Source of the DNA: Eledone cirrhosa
Taxonomy: Eukaryota
Length of the DNA: 64,000 nucleotides
Direction: 5' to 3'
Assembly: GCA_964016885.1 (NCBI GenBank)
Contig: OZ024740.1
Coordinates: forward strand, 171,740,001 to 171,804,000
Under the pieces are notes generated by a model that saw only the letters and a list, made by a program, of their open reading frames with translations, was not told the origin of the DNA and did not search any database. The translations under genes and the position numbers were made by a program. Shown in pieces: positions 52,473 to 64,000 of the stretch (the first letter of the stretch is position 1; every line of letters begins with the position of its first letter).

Positions 52473-54012
52473 ATGAAAAATTTGAACAGGGACAGAACAG
52501 AGAGGCAGTACAATAAATGTTTATTAAATTCACGCTCAGGAGAGTGGGGGGTAGGTGGGGGGACGACGTTTCGGGCATAAGCCCTTCCTCAGGTGAGAAG
52601 TGTGTGGGAACAGAGTTCAAAAGGTGTGTAGGGGAGTGGTGGAGAGACATATAGTGAAAGGAAACGGTGCGAATGAAAAATTAACAAATAAAGACAAAAA
52701 ATATAAAAAATAAAAATAAAGCATGATCAAATTACAAGGAATAAGAAAATTTAAAAATAAAGGCATGATCAAAATAAACTGAAATTAAAAGGGGGGTAAA
52801 CAGGTGGTCGAAGGGTGTGGGGTGAGTAGGGGTGGTGGCGGGTGGAGTGGGGAGAGGGAGACGGGGTGTCCGAGCGGGGAGGGCTGAAGGTGGTGTGTGT
52901 GTGTAGGTGTGCGTGTGTGTGTGTGTGTATGTGAAAGTGAGGGTTGGGGGAAGAACGGGGTTGCATGTTCAGGAAGGTGTGTGTGGGGGGTGTTTATGTG
53001 GGTTGGAGTGTCTGTGCGTGTGTGGATAGGGGGATGGGGGGAGAGGAATCAGGAGGCTGAGGGTGTAAATATGTGGTGGGAAGCACGTGTGTGTGGGGTT
53101 TAAGCGTGTTGTGGGTGTTGTGGGTGTGGGTGGCGTGTGGAGAAAATTTTTTTTTTTGGGGGTGTGTGTGTGGGTGAGTTATATAGGTGATGATGTAAGA
53201 GGATGGTTGAAAAGTTGGTAAGTTCCAAGGCTGTTTGGAGATTTGGTTATAAGTCAATTTCTGCGTGTGGGTAATCCATGAAGCGGTGGTCGGAAGAGGA
53301 GAGATGTGGGGTGCGCGCGCAACAGGAAGTGGTCAGCAGTGGGAGTGCTGTGGTCAGAAGGGCATAGCAGCAGTCGGTGGAATGGTAGGGAGGCGAGGAT
53401 GGGTAGGTGTGAGAGTTGGAGTGAGGAGGGTGTGTGTGTGTGTGTGTGTGTGTATTAGTAGGGGTGTTAGTGGGATGAGTGAGTGTGGAGTGGGGGTGTG
53501 GGTGGAGCGGGGAGAGAAGGGTGTGTGTGGTTCTATGGAGGGAGTGTGGTGTACTGGTGTGTGTGTAGTTTGGTGAAGAGGTGTTAGTGGGTGTTAGTAT
53601 ACGGGAGGTGGGGAGGGGTGGAATGCAGGTGTGAGTGGGGGTTAGTGGTGGTAGGGTGTGTAGAGTTGGTGGTGTACGAGGGTGTGTGGGTACGTGTGCG
53701 TGGGGTTGGGGGGTGTTAGTGATGTTAGTTGCGTGTGGGGTGGGTGGTGTAAGTGGGTGCGTGTGTGCGTGTGATAAGGAGGGGGGGATGAGAAGAGGGG
53801 AGGGGAGGGATGTTAGTATGTTAGTTGGGGAAGGGTGGTCAGATGAGGGGTGGAGTGGAGGTGTTAGTATTGTTAGTGTGGGGTGGGCGGTGAAAAGGAG
53901 GGGTGTGTTAGTGGTGTTAGTGGGGGATAAGTGTGGGGGAGGGGGGCGGTCGAACGCTAAAGGAATAAGGGTGGGGAGTTCAGGCCGGGGGGAGTGTGGG
54001 TCTGTAAGATGA
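52473..54012 (-). mobile_element. Family J CA-rich element, longest copy (about 1.5 kb)
   Basis: GT-rich on plus strand; shares unique blocks (e.g. ggggtgcgcgcgcaacaggaagtggtcag) with the other two copies. Confidence 0.85.
52563..52594 (-). ncRNA. Minimal Penelope-type hammerhead (family J)
   Basis: Minus strand ac-CTGAGGA-a-gggc-ttat-gccc-GAAA-cg-TC-gt. Confidence 0.62.
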
Positions 54013-54063
54013 AGATACATATACGATATTAACAAATGGAAACTATATTTATAAAACCATATT

Positions 54064-54128
54064 TATTTTATTATACATATTTCAAGGATACCATGTTAAA
54101 TTTTGGTATGCCTTCATCAGACAAAATA
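54064..54128 (-). ncRNA. Type I hammerhead ribozyme (family E)
   Basis: Minus strand tattttgt-CTGATGA-aggcatacca...tggtatcctt-GAAA-tatgta-TA-ataaaata; the element 54020-54245 has an inverted end of about 35 bp. Confidence 0.82.
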
Positions 54129-54327
54129 CAATATATACCAGTTTTATAAATAAACATTGACGTACCCTTTCAAAATGCAACCGTTACTTTTGGAAGTCAT
54201 CAGGATGTTTTATAAATATAGTTTCCATTTGTTAATATCTTATATATACTCCAAATACTTGTCGAGTGCTTTATATCAGTTATACAAATATTTGCTTGTT
54301 GTATCCCAACAATTTAAATAGAACTTT

Positions 54328-54386
<59 letters not shown>

Positions 54387-54608
54387 TTATATATATATAT
54401 ATATGCTTATGCTGAACTCCTAATTTTTGTTGAGTTTTTTTCTGAATGTTTTGACTGGTGTTTCTTGTAAACAGATTTTCGTTTCATTTCGGCTTCACTA
54501 GCTTTGAGTCCACGTGTGTTTTGTTATTTTAATTCAACACGCTGTTCTCTTGCCTGCTATTAAATTCCCCTCTGGCATTTTAGCAGTATCATTTAGTTAA
54601 CATGTTGA

Positions 54609-54676
54609 GCACTACTGAGGAACGACTCCAACCGTGACTAACCCCACTGGAATAGTCTTTTAAGACTATATAGTGC
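54609..54676 (+). ncRNA. Family L hammerhead, partly degenerate
   Basis: gcacta-CTGAGGA-...ctgGAA-tagtctt-tt-aagacta-TA-tagtgc; deletion removes part of stem II and GAAA. Confidence 0.6.
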
Positions 54677-54919
54677 ATTTGTAGATTTCCCCAAATTGAA
54701 GGCTAAGTATTTCGTTCTTGATTTTATTTTGAGTTAAGATTGTATGGTTTTTTCCCCAGCTTACACAAAATCTGAGGATAAAATTTTTCTTCTTGACTTG
54801 TTTTGAATTAGGATGAATTATTTATCACATATCTTACGTTAAACATTTTTCATCTTGAGGCTATAGTCACTTATATGTCTGAATTATTGTCGGCTTTTTG
54901 CTTACATTAATTTCTCTAT

Positions 54920-54993
<74 letters not shown>

Positions 54994-55039
54994 GAAGTAA
55001 CAGGAGGCTGGACTGGTGTAAATCCTTGAAAGGTTTATT

Positions 55040-55097
55040 ATACTATGATCATTTCAATGACCGGGTTCCATATGAATTCGGTGATATCATCAGGTAT
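55040..55097 (-). ncRNA. Type I hammerhead ribozyme (family P)
   Basis: Reverse complement of 56162-56219 with one substitution. Confidence 0.8.
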
Positions 55098-56161
55098 TGG
55101 AATATAACAAAGGAATATGTAAAAACCCATGGGTCCGAAAAACCTGGGACTTTAAAGTAATTTAGAATAATTTTGATCTATTTGCACTTTTCATTGTTTG
55201 ACTTGTGCGGTGGCTTTTTCCCGGCTGCGCGCTGGGCACTCGGAAAGTTCAGACTTCCTTGAGTGCTCGGAAAAATAAATTTCTCCTCTTTCGGTAAATG
55301 AAATTACTCGGAGTGGCTTGCTCTGCCCCAGTCCCACCGCGGCGCTTGTTTTGGCCGCCTATTTATACCTGTACCTACAAACTCCAGGTTTGGACACAAC
55401 TATTAGCTGTATCTTGCCTCTATTGACACGTAAATAAACCCCTAATGTGTGATTTAATTGTATTCGTGGTATAGACGAGGGCCTATCGAAATTGTGGGGT
55501 TCCCGCTAGCGATCCCGGAGCCAAAGTTAGTTACGTTCCTAGAGTACTCGGAAAAATTAATTTCCATTTCTTTCTCTGGACGATACCACTCGAGACTGGC
55601 TGACTCATGGTGGTGGGTGTGCTGGCTGGGACTCCCAATCGAAATCTTTACTCTATATCCCATCCTAATAGCTTATCGAGTTAAAAAAATTTTTTTCATA
55701 TAAGACTCTCTCCGTAAGTTCGTTAAATAAATAAATCTCGCCACCTCTATTTTTCAATTTACCATTTTGCAATATAATATTTTTAATTTAATTTATTTTA
55801 TCCTATAACTCGCAACATAAGTTTAACGTTCCAATCTTCGGTTCACACATTAGACCATACAGACACACATTATAGTTTCTTTGGGTGGCATTCTTTTCGC
55901 GGCATTTTCTAACATGAATGTATTTTGACCCTTACACTACACTTCTTTCTCCACTTCTTTCTTCCCCTTCTTCTTTGACGGGTGGTACATGATAGGCCTG
56001 CGCCCCCTTACCAGATATTCACTGGTAGTTTTTCGGTTGCCAACACTTTGAGGGCGGCTGGCTGTGAAGCTAGTTGGTCAGCCGCCTTCTCTGTCTCTGG
56101 TTTCTCGGACCCATGGTTTTTCGGACCCATGGCTTTTTACATATTCCTTTGTTATATTCCA

Positions 56162-56219
56162 ATACCTGATGATATCACCGGATTCATATGGAACCCGGTC
56201 ATTGAAATGATCATAGTAT
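56162..56219 (+). ncRNA. Type I hammerhead ribozyme (family P)
   Basis: atac-CTGATGA-tatc-accgg...ccggt-catt-GAAA-tgatca-TA-gtat. Confidence 0.8.
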
Positions 56220-56413
56220 AATAAACCTTTCAAGGATTTACACCAGTCCAGCCTCCTGTTACTTCATTTATAATTAACTCCGTATTCGCACCACCAACTA
56301 CACAAACGGAGATGGGTGAACTGCACTGCGTTGAGTACTCTTCACAATATTACACCAGGATTGACCATACGGAATGACCAGTTCTATCCAGTGGTGAACC
56401 AACAAACCTTAAG

Positions 56414-56507
<94 letters not shown>

Positions 56508-56553
56508 CGTAAAATAAGAAAATTATAAAAATTAACTTACTTACTAAAATTTC

Positions 56554-56635
56554 ACTCCAACTAATTAGTTTCTGAAAGGGAATAAACATAGTTTCCGAAG
56601 AAACGTACGGAGAAGCCTTTCGTCACCAGAGAAGT
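56554..56635 (-). ncRNA. Family A hammerhead with mutated core (CUGGUGA)
   Basis: Plus strand tcaccag versus tcatcag in the next unit. Confidence 0.6.
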
Positions 56636-57083
56636 CTATTCTCAGCTAAGTTTCCAGGCAATACGTGGACACAGGGAACTTATAGAAAAATAATTCAGTG
56701 GATGGAAAAAAGCAAAGCGTGGACTAAGTTCCAAGCCATTGAAAAAAATCACTGCCTACTGCGTCGGTGGCAAATTCAAAAGAATCAATCACGTGACATC
56801 GAGGTCAATCAGTGAAGAGTGGTTTGTTAAGAAGACAGCAGCCGGACCGTTACTATGAACTATAGTAGCAGTTTTGGCCAATTTTGGCTCGACAAAATAA
56901 TTTGGAGATAATTATAAAGAATTAGTATATCTACTAACATATATATACAGATGCATACCTATGCCAGCAAATATATAGGTTTTGTCTTAGTAACTTTGTG
57001 GTTCAATGCATGGGGATGCAGAACAATAATATGAGAGACGTAAAATAAGAAAATTATAAAATTAACTTACTTACTAAAATTTC

Positions 57084-57165
57084 ACTCCAACTAATTAGTT
57101 TCTGAAAGGGAATAAACATAGTTTCCGAAGAAACGTACGGAGAAGCCTTTCGTCATCAGGGAAGT
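57084..57165 (-). ncRNA. Type I hammerhead ribozyme (family A)
   Basis: Minus strand acttcc-CTGATGA-c-gaaagg...cctttc-a-GAAA-ctaattag-TT-ggagt. Confidence 0.8.
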
Positions 57166-57478
57166 CTATTCTCAGCTAAGTTTCCAGGCAATACGTGGAC
57201 ACAGGGAACTTATACAAAAATAATTCAGTGGATGGAAAAAAGCAAAGCGTGGACTAAGTTCCAAGCCATTGAAAAAATCACTGCCTACTGCGTCGGTGGC
57301 AAATTCAAAAGAATCAATCACGTGACATCGATGGCTTGGAACTTAGTCCCCTTGGAACTTAATCCACTTTTTCAATGGCTTGTAACTTAGTCCACGCTTT
57401 GCTTTTTTCCATCCACTGAATTATTTTTCTATAAGTTCCCTGTGTCCACGTATTGCCTGGAAACTTAGCTGATAATAG

Positions 57479-57560
57479 ACTTCCCTGATGACGAAAAACT
57501 TCTCCGTACGTTTCTTCGGAAACTATGTTTATTCCCTTTCAGAAACTAATTAGTTGGAGT
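57479..57560 (+). ncRNA. Type I hammerhead ribozyme (family A)
   Basis: Inverted copy of 57084-57165; stem II gaaa/tttc. Confidence 0.75.
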
Positions 57561-57725
57561 GAAATTTTAGTAAGTAAGTTAATTTTTATAATTTTCTTAT
57601 TTTACGTCTCTCATATTATTGTTCTGCATCCCCATGCATTGAACCACAAAGTTACTAAGACAAAACCTATATATTTGCTGGCATAGGTATGCATCTGTAT
57701 ATATATGTTAGTAGATATACTAATT

Positions 57726-58258
<533 letters not shown>

Positions 58259-58959
58259 CTTGTGTGTCTGTGTCTATATATTGCATGCATGAATGAATAC
58301 ACTAAGCTTTGGGTTTAGTAGAATGTACAACCACTGATTCCAGCTATTTGCACTATCATATATTTTGGTTTCTATTAATTCCCTGGGAATTGGTTGACCA
58401 AATGCTTTGCTTAATTGTTTTATTTATTTAAAAAAAAATTTACTCTTTCTTTTAGATTTCAGGTATTTTTTTAAAGCAAAGCATTGGCCCCTAAAATACT
58501 ACAGTGGGCCCTGCAATGCTACTGTGGGCCCTTGCGATGCTACCGTGGCTCCCCATCGGGCAACCTGGCAAACTGGCCAGTCCGTCACTGACCGTAGGTC
58601 ACATGTTTATGATGTGTGTATGCTACACATGAGGTTGGCATTATGCTGCATATTAGATTAGAATGCTTTGTTCTGGTTATGTATTCTAAGTTCAAGTCCC
58701 ACCGGCTTTTCTTTTCAAAGTCATATAATACCAGTCCAGGGAGGCAGAGTGACGGAATTGGTAGGACAGTGTTGCGGTATCTCTATTGATTTTTACGTTC
58801 TAAGTTTACCTGCGACATCGTTAGTACCTAGTTGCATCTGGTTTTGTCTTTTCTTTGGACAACATCAATGATGTTGAGAAGGGATACTTGTTCACATTAT
58901 AACCGGCTGGTTGTTCGACAAAAACATCTTCCGTAAGCTTGCACATTAGGAAAGCACGT

Positions 58960-60480
58960 TGCAGTTTTTGTAATGCCCTCCTTACCCACTTGAAGAATGT
59001 AGATGAGCATTTACGCCAGAAGGTAGGATTCAGGAGTGGAAGGTCATGCAGCAAACAACTTATGCTACTCAACATTATTGAGCTGAAGCGTTGGATTGGC
59101 TGTATCGGTAGAGCGTCGGACACCGTGCTTTGCGACATAAAGTTACACCCCTTCGTGTTCTGAGTTCAAATCCTGCCGAGGTTAGCTTTGCCTTTCACCC
59201 TTACGGGGTCGATAAAATATGATATCATATATATATAAGTAATGGGGTCGATTTAATCAACTTTACCTCTTCCCTTCAAATTACTAGCCTTGTGTAAAAA
59301 ATAGAAACAATCATTGATCTGAGTCACGAGTTCCAGCAGCTGCTTGAAGTCAAATTATCGATTACAAGGAGGGCTTTGACAGTGTTCACAGCAGTCTTTA
59401 TGGAAGATCGTCGCGTTGTATGAAGTGCCGACACACATCACCAACATCATGTAATTTCTTTACCTTAGTAGGTGTTGCTCCGTTATAACTAAAGATGGAA
59501 ATACAGAGTTTCGGTGTCGTCACATGAGTGTGTCAGCGGTGTGTGCTGTTTCTTTTTTTTGTTCCTGTTGGTAGTGGGTTTCATCATGAATAAGTCTATG
59601 GGGGATCCAGCATACGGCCTCAAATGGGGACAGGGAAGACTCACAAACCTTAACATAACCGACAATCTGGGATTCCTTAGTACCATATCTACGACAATGC
59701 ATGACATGACTACCAATCTTAGAAATATCAGCTTAAAAGTTTGTCTTCAAATCAGCATTGAAATGTTTAGAGTGGGAAGCACAACAGCAACCATTCCAAC
59801 AGAAGACCCGGACTCTTGAAATCGTTGACACCTTCGCATGCCAGGGCAGTGTACTCCTAAAGACGGCAACTCAAGAACTGATGTGGAAAAGGGGCTCGGC
59901 AAAGTTACAATTGCCTTCAGCATCTGAAACCTGTATGGTACACACCTCCTCCATCAACCAAGGTACAAAGTTTCACCCGTAAATATCAATTGTTGTGGCA
60001 ACGGTGATCTATGCTTGCGAGATATTAAAAAAGACCTGTAAATCTACAGAATTACAGATATCTTCCACAGACGTTGCTTTAGAGGCATGCTTAGAATTTT
60101 TTGGCGTGACCATATGATGAATAAAGTTATGAAAATTCCCCGAATTTTAATAATAAAAAGAACCATGGTATCATTTGGTTTATAGTTGTTTGTTCGGTGG
60201 CAATTTTTACAATTATTGCACTTTGTAGCTACAGACTTATAAATATATATAAATTAAATATAAAATGGATATAGATATCCCAGATCAATTATATTTAAGG
60301 GCCCAACTGAATAAATCATGGGATGCCATCATCATACGACGCGGAAGATATTTGAACACCAGATACGCATACCCACGAAGAAACCAGTGAGGGCCTCTCT
60401 CAAATGGAAGCCAGAAGGGAGACGTAGGACATGGCAGATCTGTCAAGACCTAGTTGGGGTCTGTGGAGCAAGAGTTGGCA
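58960..60480 (+). mobile_element. Heavily decayed RTE-type LINE interrupted by a SINE
   Basis: VDEHLRQKVGFRSGRSCSKQL, IDYKEGFDSVH, GLKWGQGRLTNL, FHRRCFRGMLRIFWRDH, LKWKPEG remnants. Confidence 0.75.
59084..59313 (+). mobile_element. tRNA-derived SINE (family 1)
   Basis: ggattggctgtatcggtagag...gagttcaaatcc...ggggtcgataaaat. Confidence 0.82.
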
Positions 60481-60678
60481 AACACGGGTCTGGTCTTTGA
60501 GTGACCTGCGGTATAGAGATCTCTCCCCACCGAATGCTTCACGGGAACTACACATACCCCTTTAATCATTTACGTATCCCAGCCCACACAAATATAGCTT
60601 TGTTAAAGTTTGGTGAAGAAACCGAATATTACTTATACGGCCCATAAAACAATCGATAATATACTGGTACTATAATAA

Positions 60679-60995
60679 TAATTGTTTCAACTTTTGGCAC
60701 AAGGCCAGGAATTATCCCAGTGCATTACTGGTTCTTTATTTTATGGACCCCGTAAGGATGAAAGGCAAAGTTAACCTCGGCGGGAATTGAACTCAGACCA
60801 TAAAGGGCCGTAATGTAAGCACAAACCCAACAATCGATGAATGGGGAGAAATAGATTATGACGATCTGGTACTTGAGTGCTACTTTATTTTATCGCCCCC
60901 AGAAAGATGAAAAGCAAACGTGACCTCGCTGGGACTTGAACTCAGAACGTAAAGAGCCGGAAGAAGTACAGCAAGGAATTTTGTCCGACGTTCTG
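60679..60995 (-). mobile_element. Two adjacent family 1-related SINE fragments
   Basis: Two occurrences of ctttattttat..cccc...gatgaaa.gcaaa...acctcg..ggga.ttgaactcaga. Confidence 0.75.
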
Positions 60996-61200
60996 ATGAT
61001 TCTAAAAGTGACACTACGTATCATAACTACATCATTTATATATATCTGAATGAAACGTATTTCTATAAAGGTAAGTAACTCTTGCGGTCTTAAACGGTAT
61101 TTTCATCTGTAATTTTTTGATTGAATTTTCTGCAACGTCATAGTAGTAGTAGTACTAGTACTAGTACTAGTCGTCTTCTTCTTCTTCTTCTTCTTCTTGA

Positions 61201-62950
61201 CTCTCGAGCCTTTACTGCGGAAGCTGGAGCTGTTGCAGGGCATCCCGCTCGAACCGGGACGTGGAAAGGCGGTGTCGGCTTATGCGGATGACATCACCGT
61301 GATGGTGTCGAACACCTCAGAAATCGAGGTGGTCGGCACCTTATTGATGGAATATGAAGGTTGACAGGAGCCAAACTTAACCCGGAAAAGTCGGTGGGCT
61401 TGCAGCTCGGAACCTGGAGAGGCAGGCCCATGCCGTCCAACAGCGTCGTGGGGCGCTGGACGGACGGACCGGTAAAGTTGCTCGGGGTTTGGTTCGGACC
61501 AGACCTCCAGGTGGAAAAGAATTGGGACGAGGTAACGAGCAGAGTAGCCAGTTTCACCCAAAAATGGGCTGGGAGGAAGCTATCACTGAAAGGTCGCGCG
61601 GAGGTGGCGAATGCGTACATCGCGTCCGTCATCTACTACCGCCTAACCGTCGTGCCTTGCCCCCGTCCGCGCCTCGTCAAGTTGGAACGGCTCCTCTTCA
61701 AATTCTTGTGGAGGGGACAAGTTCCGTTGGTGAGGCGGTCCATCTGCTGCCAGCACCCTCTACGCGGAGGGCTGGGCGTGCCGTGGCTAATGATGCGCAG
61801 ACATGCGTTGAGGCTGCGACATCTCCAGATATTCTGCCTCAATGGTGAACAGGTCTGGTCGCCGTTTATCAGACGGGCCTTTCCGCAGCTCATTTCTTTG
61901 ACTGAGCTGCAGTCCTGGGTCAAGAAGAGACCGAGACTGGGTAACTGGCACCTGGAATGTTGCCAGACACTCACTGCCCTCTACCAAGCGGGCAATGCGA
62001 TCAGTGGAACTTCCACTCTCGAGTTCTATAGAGGATTAGTGGTGGGCAAGTGCGATGACGCACTCGGAAAAGCTTTGGGCCTCGACGAAGTCGAACTGAC
62101 CAGTCTGTACCGGAGGACTTTTGAGCCGAGGACGATGGACAATTTCCAGAAATCCCTCGCTTGGCAGTGCTACCGGGGGGCACTGCCGGTTCGGGATAAA
62201 CTCTACAGGCACGGAAGTGCTGTCAGACGGACCTGCCCAAGATGCGCACAGAACGACGAAACCGTTCTGCACGCACTTGTCCAATGTCCGTGCATTACTG
62301 ACTTGTGGAGTTATGTCGAACAGCTACTGTCGCGTGTGGAACGAATCCGGCTATCGGCCGAGTCCATAGTGAAGATCGAGCCGCCACCTTCCTTAGGTCA
62401 GGAAGAGCAGGAAATTTTCCTCTGTCTGGTGGCAGTTGCGAAAGAGATTATATGGTGGACCAGGTTGAAAGGACTAAAGACAGGCACTTTTCTCTTCGGC
62501 CAATCCCTCATCAACTTCTTCAAGTATCACCTGGAAAGGAGGGTGAGGGTGGAGAGAGAAGTGCTGCCCCCCCCCCAGTACATTTGCTAAAAGGTGGGTG
62601 AATGTGGCGAGAATGGCTCGTGTGAATGGGGCTACTCTGACCATGCGCCTACAGGCTAGCTAACTTGAGGAGAGGGGTGCTCTTCCTGGGTGCCCTAGAA
62701 GCGCAGGGTGGTTCAGGATTGGTGGGGTACCCGAATCACCCCAGGGTCGTCCACCCCCTATCGGGGAATTTATTTTGTTATATTTATGCATAGTTTATTT
62801 TAAATTTTTATATTTTCATTGTTAAATTAGTCTTGCCATTGTGCACTTTTACTCGACCTTATTGTAAACCCCCACTGTCCCTGTCTTTGTATTGTCCCCT
62901 ACATGTCGGCCCTTGTGGCTAATAAATGAAATCATTATTATTATTATTAT
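61201..62950 (+). mobile_element. 5'-truncated L1/Tx1-type LINE (same clade as 36783-41103)
   Basis: AYADD at about 61278, stop near 61362, C-terminal domain with CPRC..H...C, AATAAA and (ATT)n tail; begins right after (TAG)n(TTC)n. Confidence 0.9.
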
Positions 62951-64000
62951 TTTTTTTTTTTTTTTTTTTGGTATAATGATTTGAACTCCAATTTCTAGGT
63001 TGAGGATAACATCTAAACAATTTACAGAAGTATGGTTAAATTCTACCGAGATCTTAAAACCTAGGTCTCCAAAAGTAAGTGTGGGTTTTTCTTAATGTGA
63101 CCTAGGATGTGGGAATTGAAAGGATTACAGCTCTTATGTATAAGCTCATAACTGCATTCGCTTGTCGGTATGGATCACGATATAACTATAGTTTCCTTAT
63201 GAAATCGTGTGACTATATCCTTCAAGGATAGCACTTTTATACTCTCCCATAATACACAATGTCTAATGCACTACAGACAATGAACTATAACCACCATATT
63301 ACCAGTTAATAATATAGAGAGCATATCTCACTGTAACGCTAATAAAGTTTAATTAATTTAAATTTATTTTATTTTAATTCTATTTCAGGTCACATTTATT
63401 TAATTAGAGATGAATGTGATTGATTTAAGTAGAGACCTATCACGATTTCATTTAATATAATTTTACTTTATATACTACTTTTATTTCGTGTTATGTAGTT
63501 TAATATATTGTAGAGGTTCTTTTATTATTTCCAACTGTTGAGGTTAAAGCATGCAACAGCAACAAACTATGCCCCGTGCATGCCCAATCATCTTTCATTT
63601 TACTATTTTTATTTCATTGTGTAAATGTTCAGTAGGTTATAGTTGATGTCTTGATTGTGTGTGTGATGCGGTAAATATATATACACATATACACCAGGTC
63701 TGAACACAAAGGAGCCCCCCCACCCCACTGCCTCCGTCTCTCCCGCTCTCCCCAACTCTCACTATTATGAGCGAATGGGGCCCACGCGCTGGCCGCCCCG
63801 CGGCCCCGGCGGACAGGAGGTGAGTGTAGACAACACGTATTTGATTTAATAACTAAAGGAAGCACTGATGACCGATATTAATTATTAATTATTCATTAAT
63901 TATATGACTTCTGCTTTTCGTTAAATTTTTAGCCGTTCATTATTTTTTTTTACCTATTGTAGCTACTCTACGGTCTTTCCCCACATGTCTGTAAAGCTAG

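Larger units (their letters stand above)
54989..56415. mobile_element. Family P element (1.4 kb) with inverted HHR-containing repeats of about 155 bp
   Basis: 54989-55144 is the reverse complement of 56113-56271; TA tracts on both sides; no recognisable ORF. Confidence 0.85.

Noticed and set aside
53247-54035. 262-aa Pro/Thr/His-rich ORF
   Set aside because: By-product of the C/A-rich family J composition; I could not see the frame conserved in the other copies.
63860-63918. aagca-CTGATGA...tgctt
   Set aside because: Stem I-like ends are present but GAAA is missing; not counted.

Overview
AT-rich eukaryotic (animal) genomic DNA. It is most likely cephalopod/Octopus-like, inferred from the SINE families and microsatellite load but not verified. 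I can support no host protein-coding gene; almost all ORF-track entries are translations of (TA)n/(CA)n/(GA)n/(TATG)n microsatellites. The window is a patchwork of mobile DNA: two Penelope-like elements (RT + GIY-YIG), two L1/Tx1-type LINEs, a CRE-clade fragment with a PHD finger, several decayed RTE LINEs, a deleted mariner with an adjacent MITE, a probable Helitron-type element and about 12 tRNA-derived SINE copies. The main hidden signal is about 32 type I hammerhead ribozyme (HHR) motifs, read by eye as stem I-CUGANGA-stem II-GAAA-stem III-UH-stem I, falling into roughly 17 sequence families. They sit in small non-coding elements, most of them bounded by (TA)n tracts. These elements show tandem or circularly permuted monomers (about 430-540 nt), compensatory base changes in the ribozyme stems and recurrent fold-back inversions, and one junction falls on a predicted self-cleavage site. 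This looks like a diverse community of TA-associated retrozyme-like / non-autonomous Penelope elements. All folds and coordinates are manual and may be off by a few nt.
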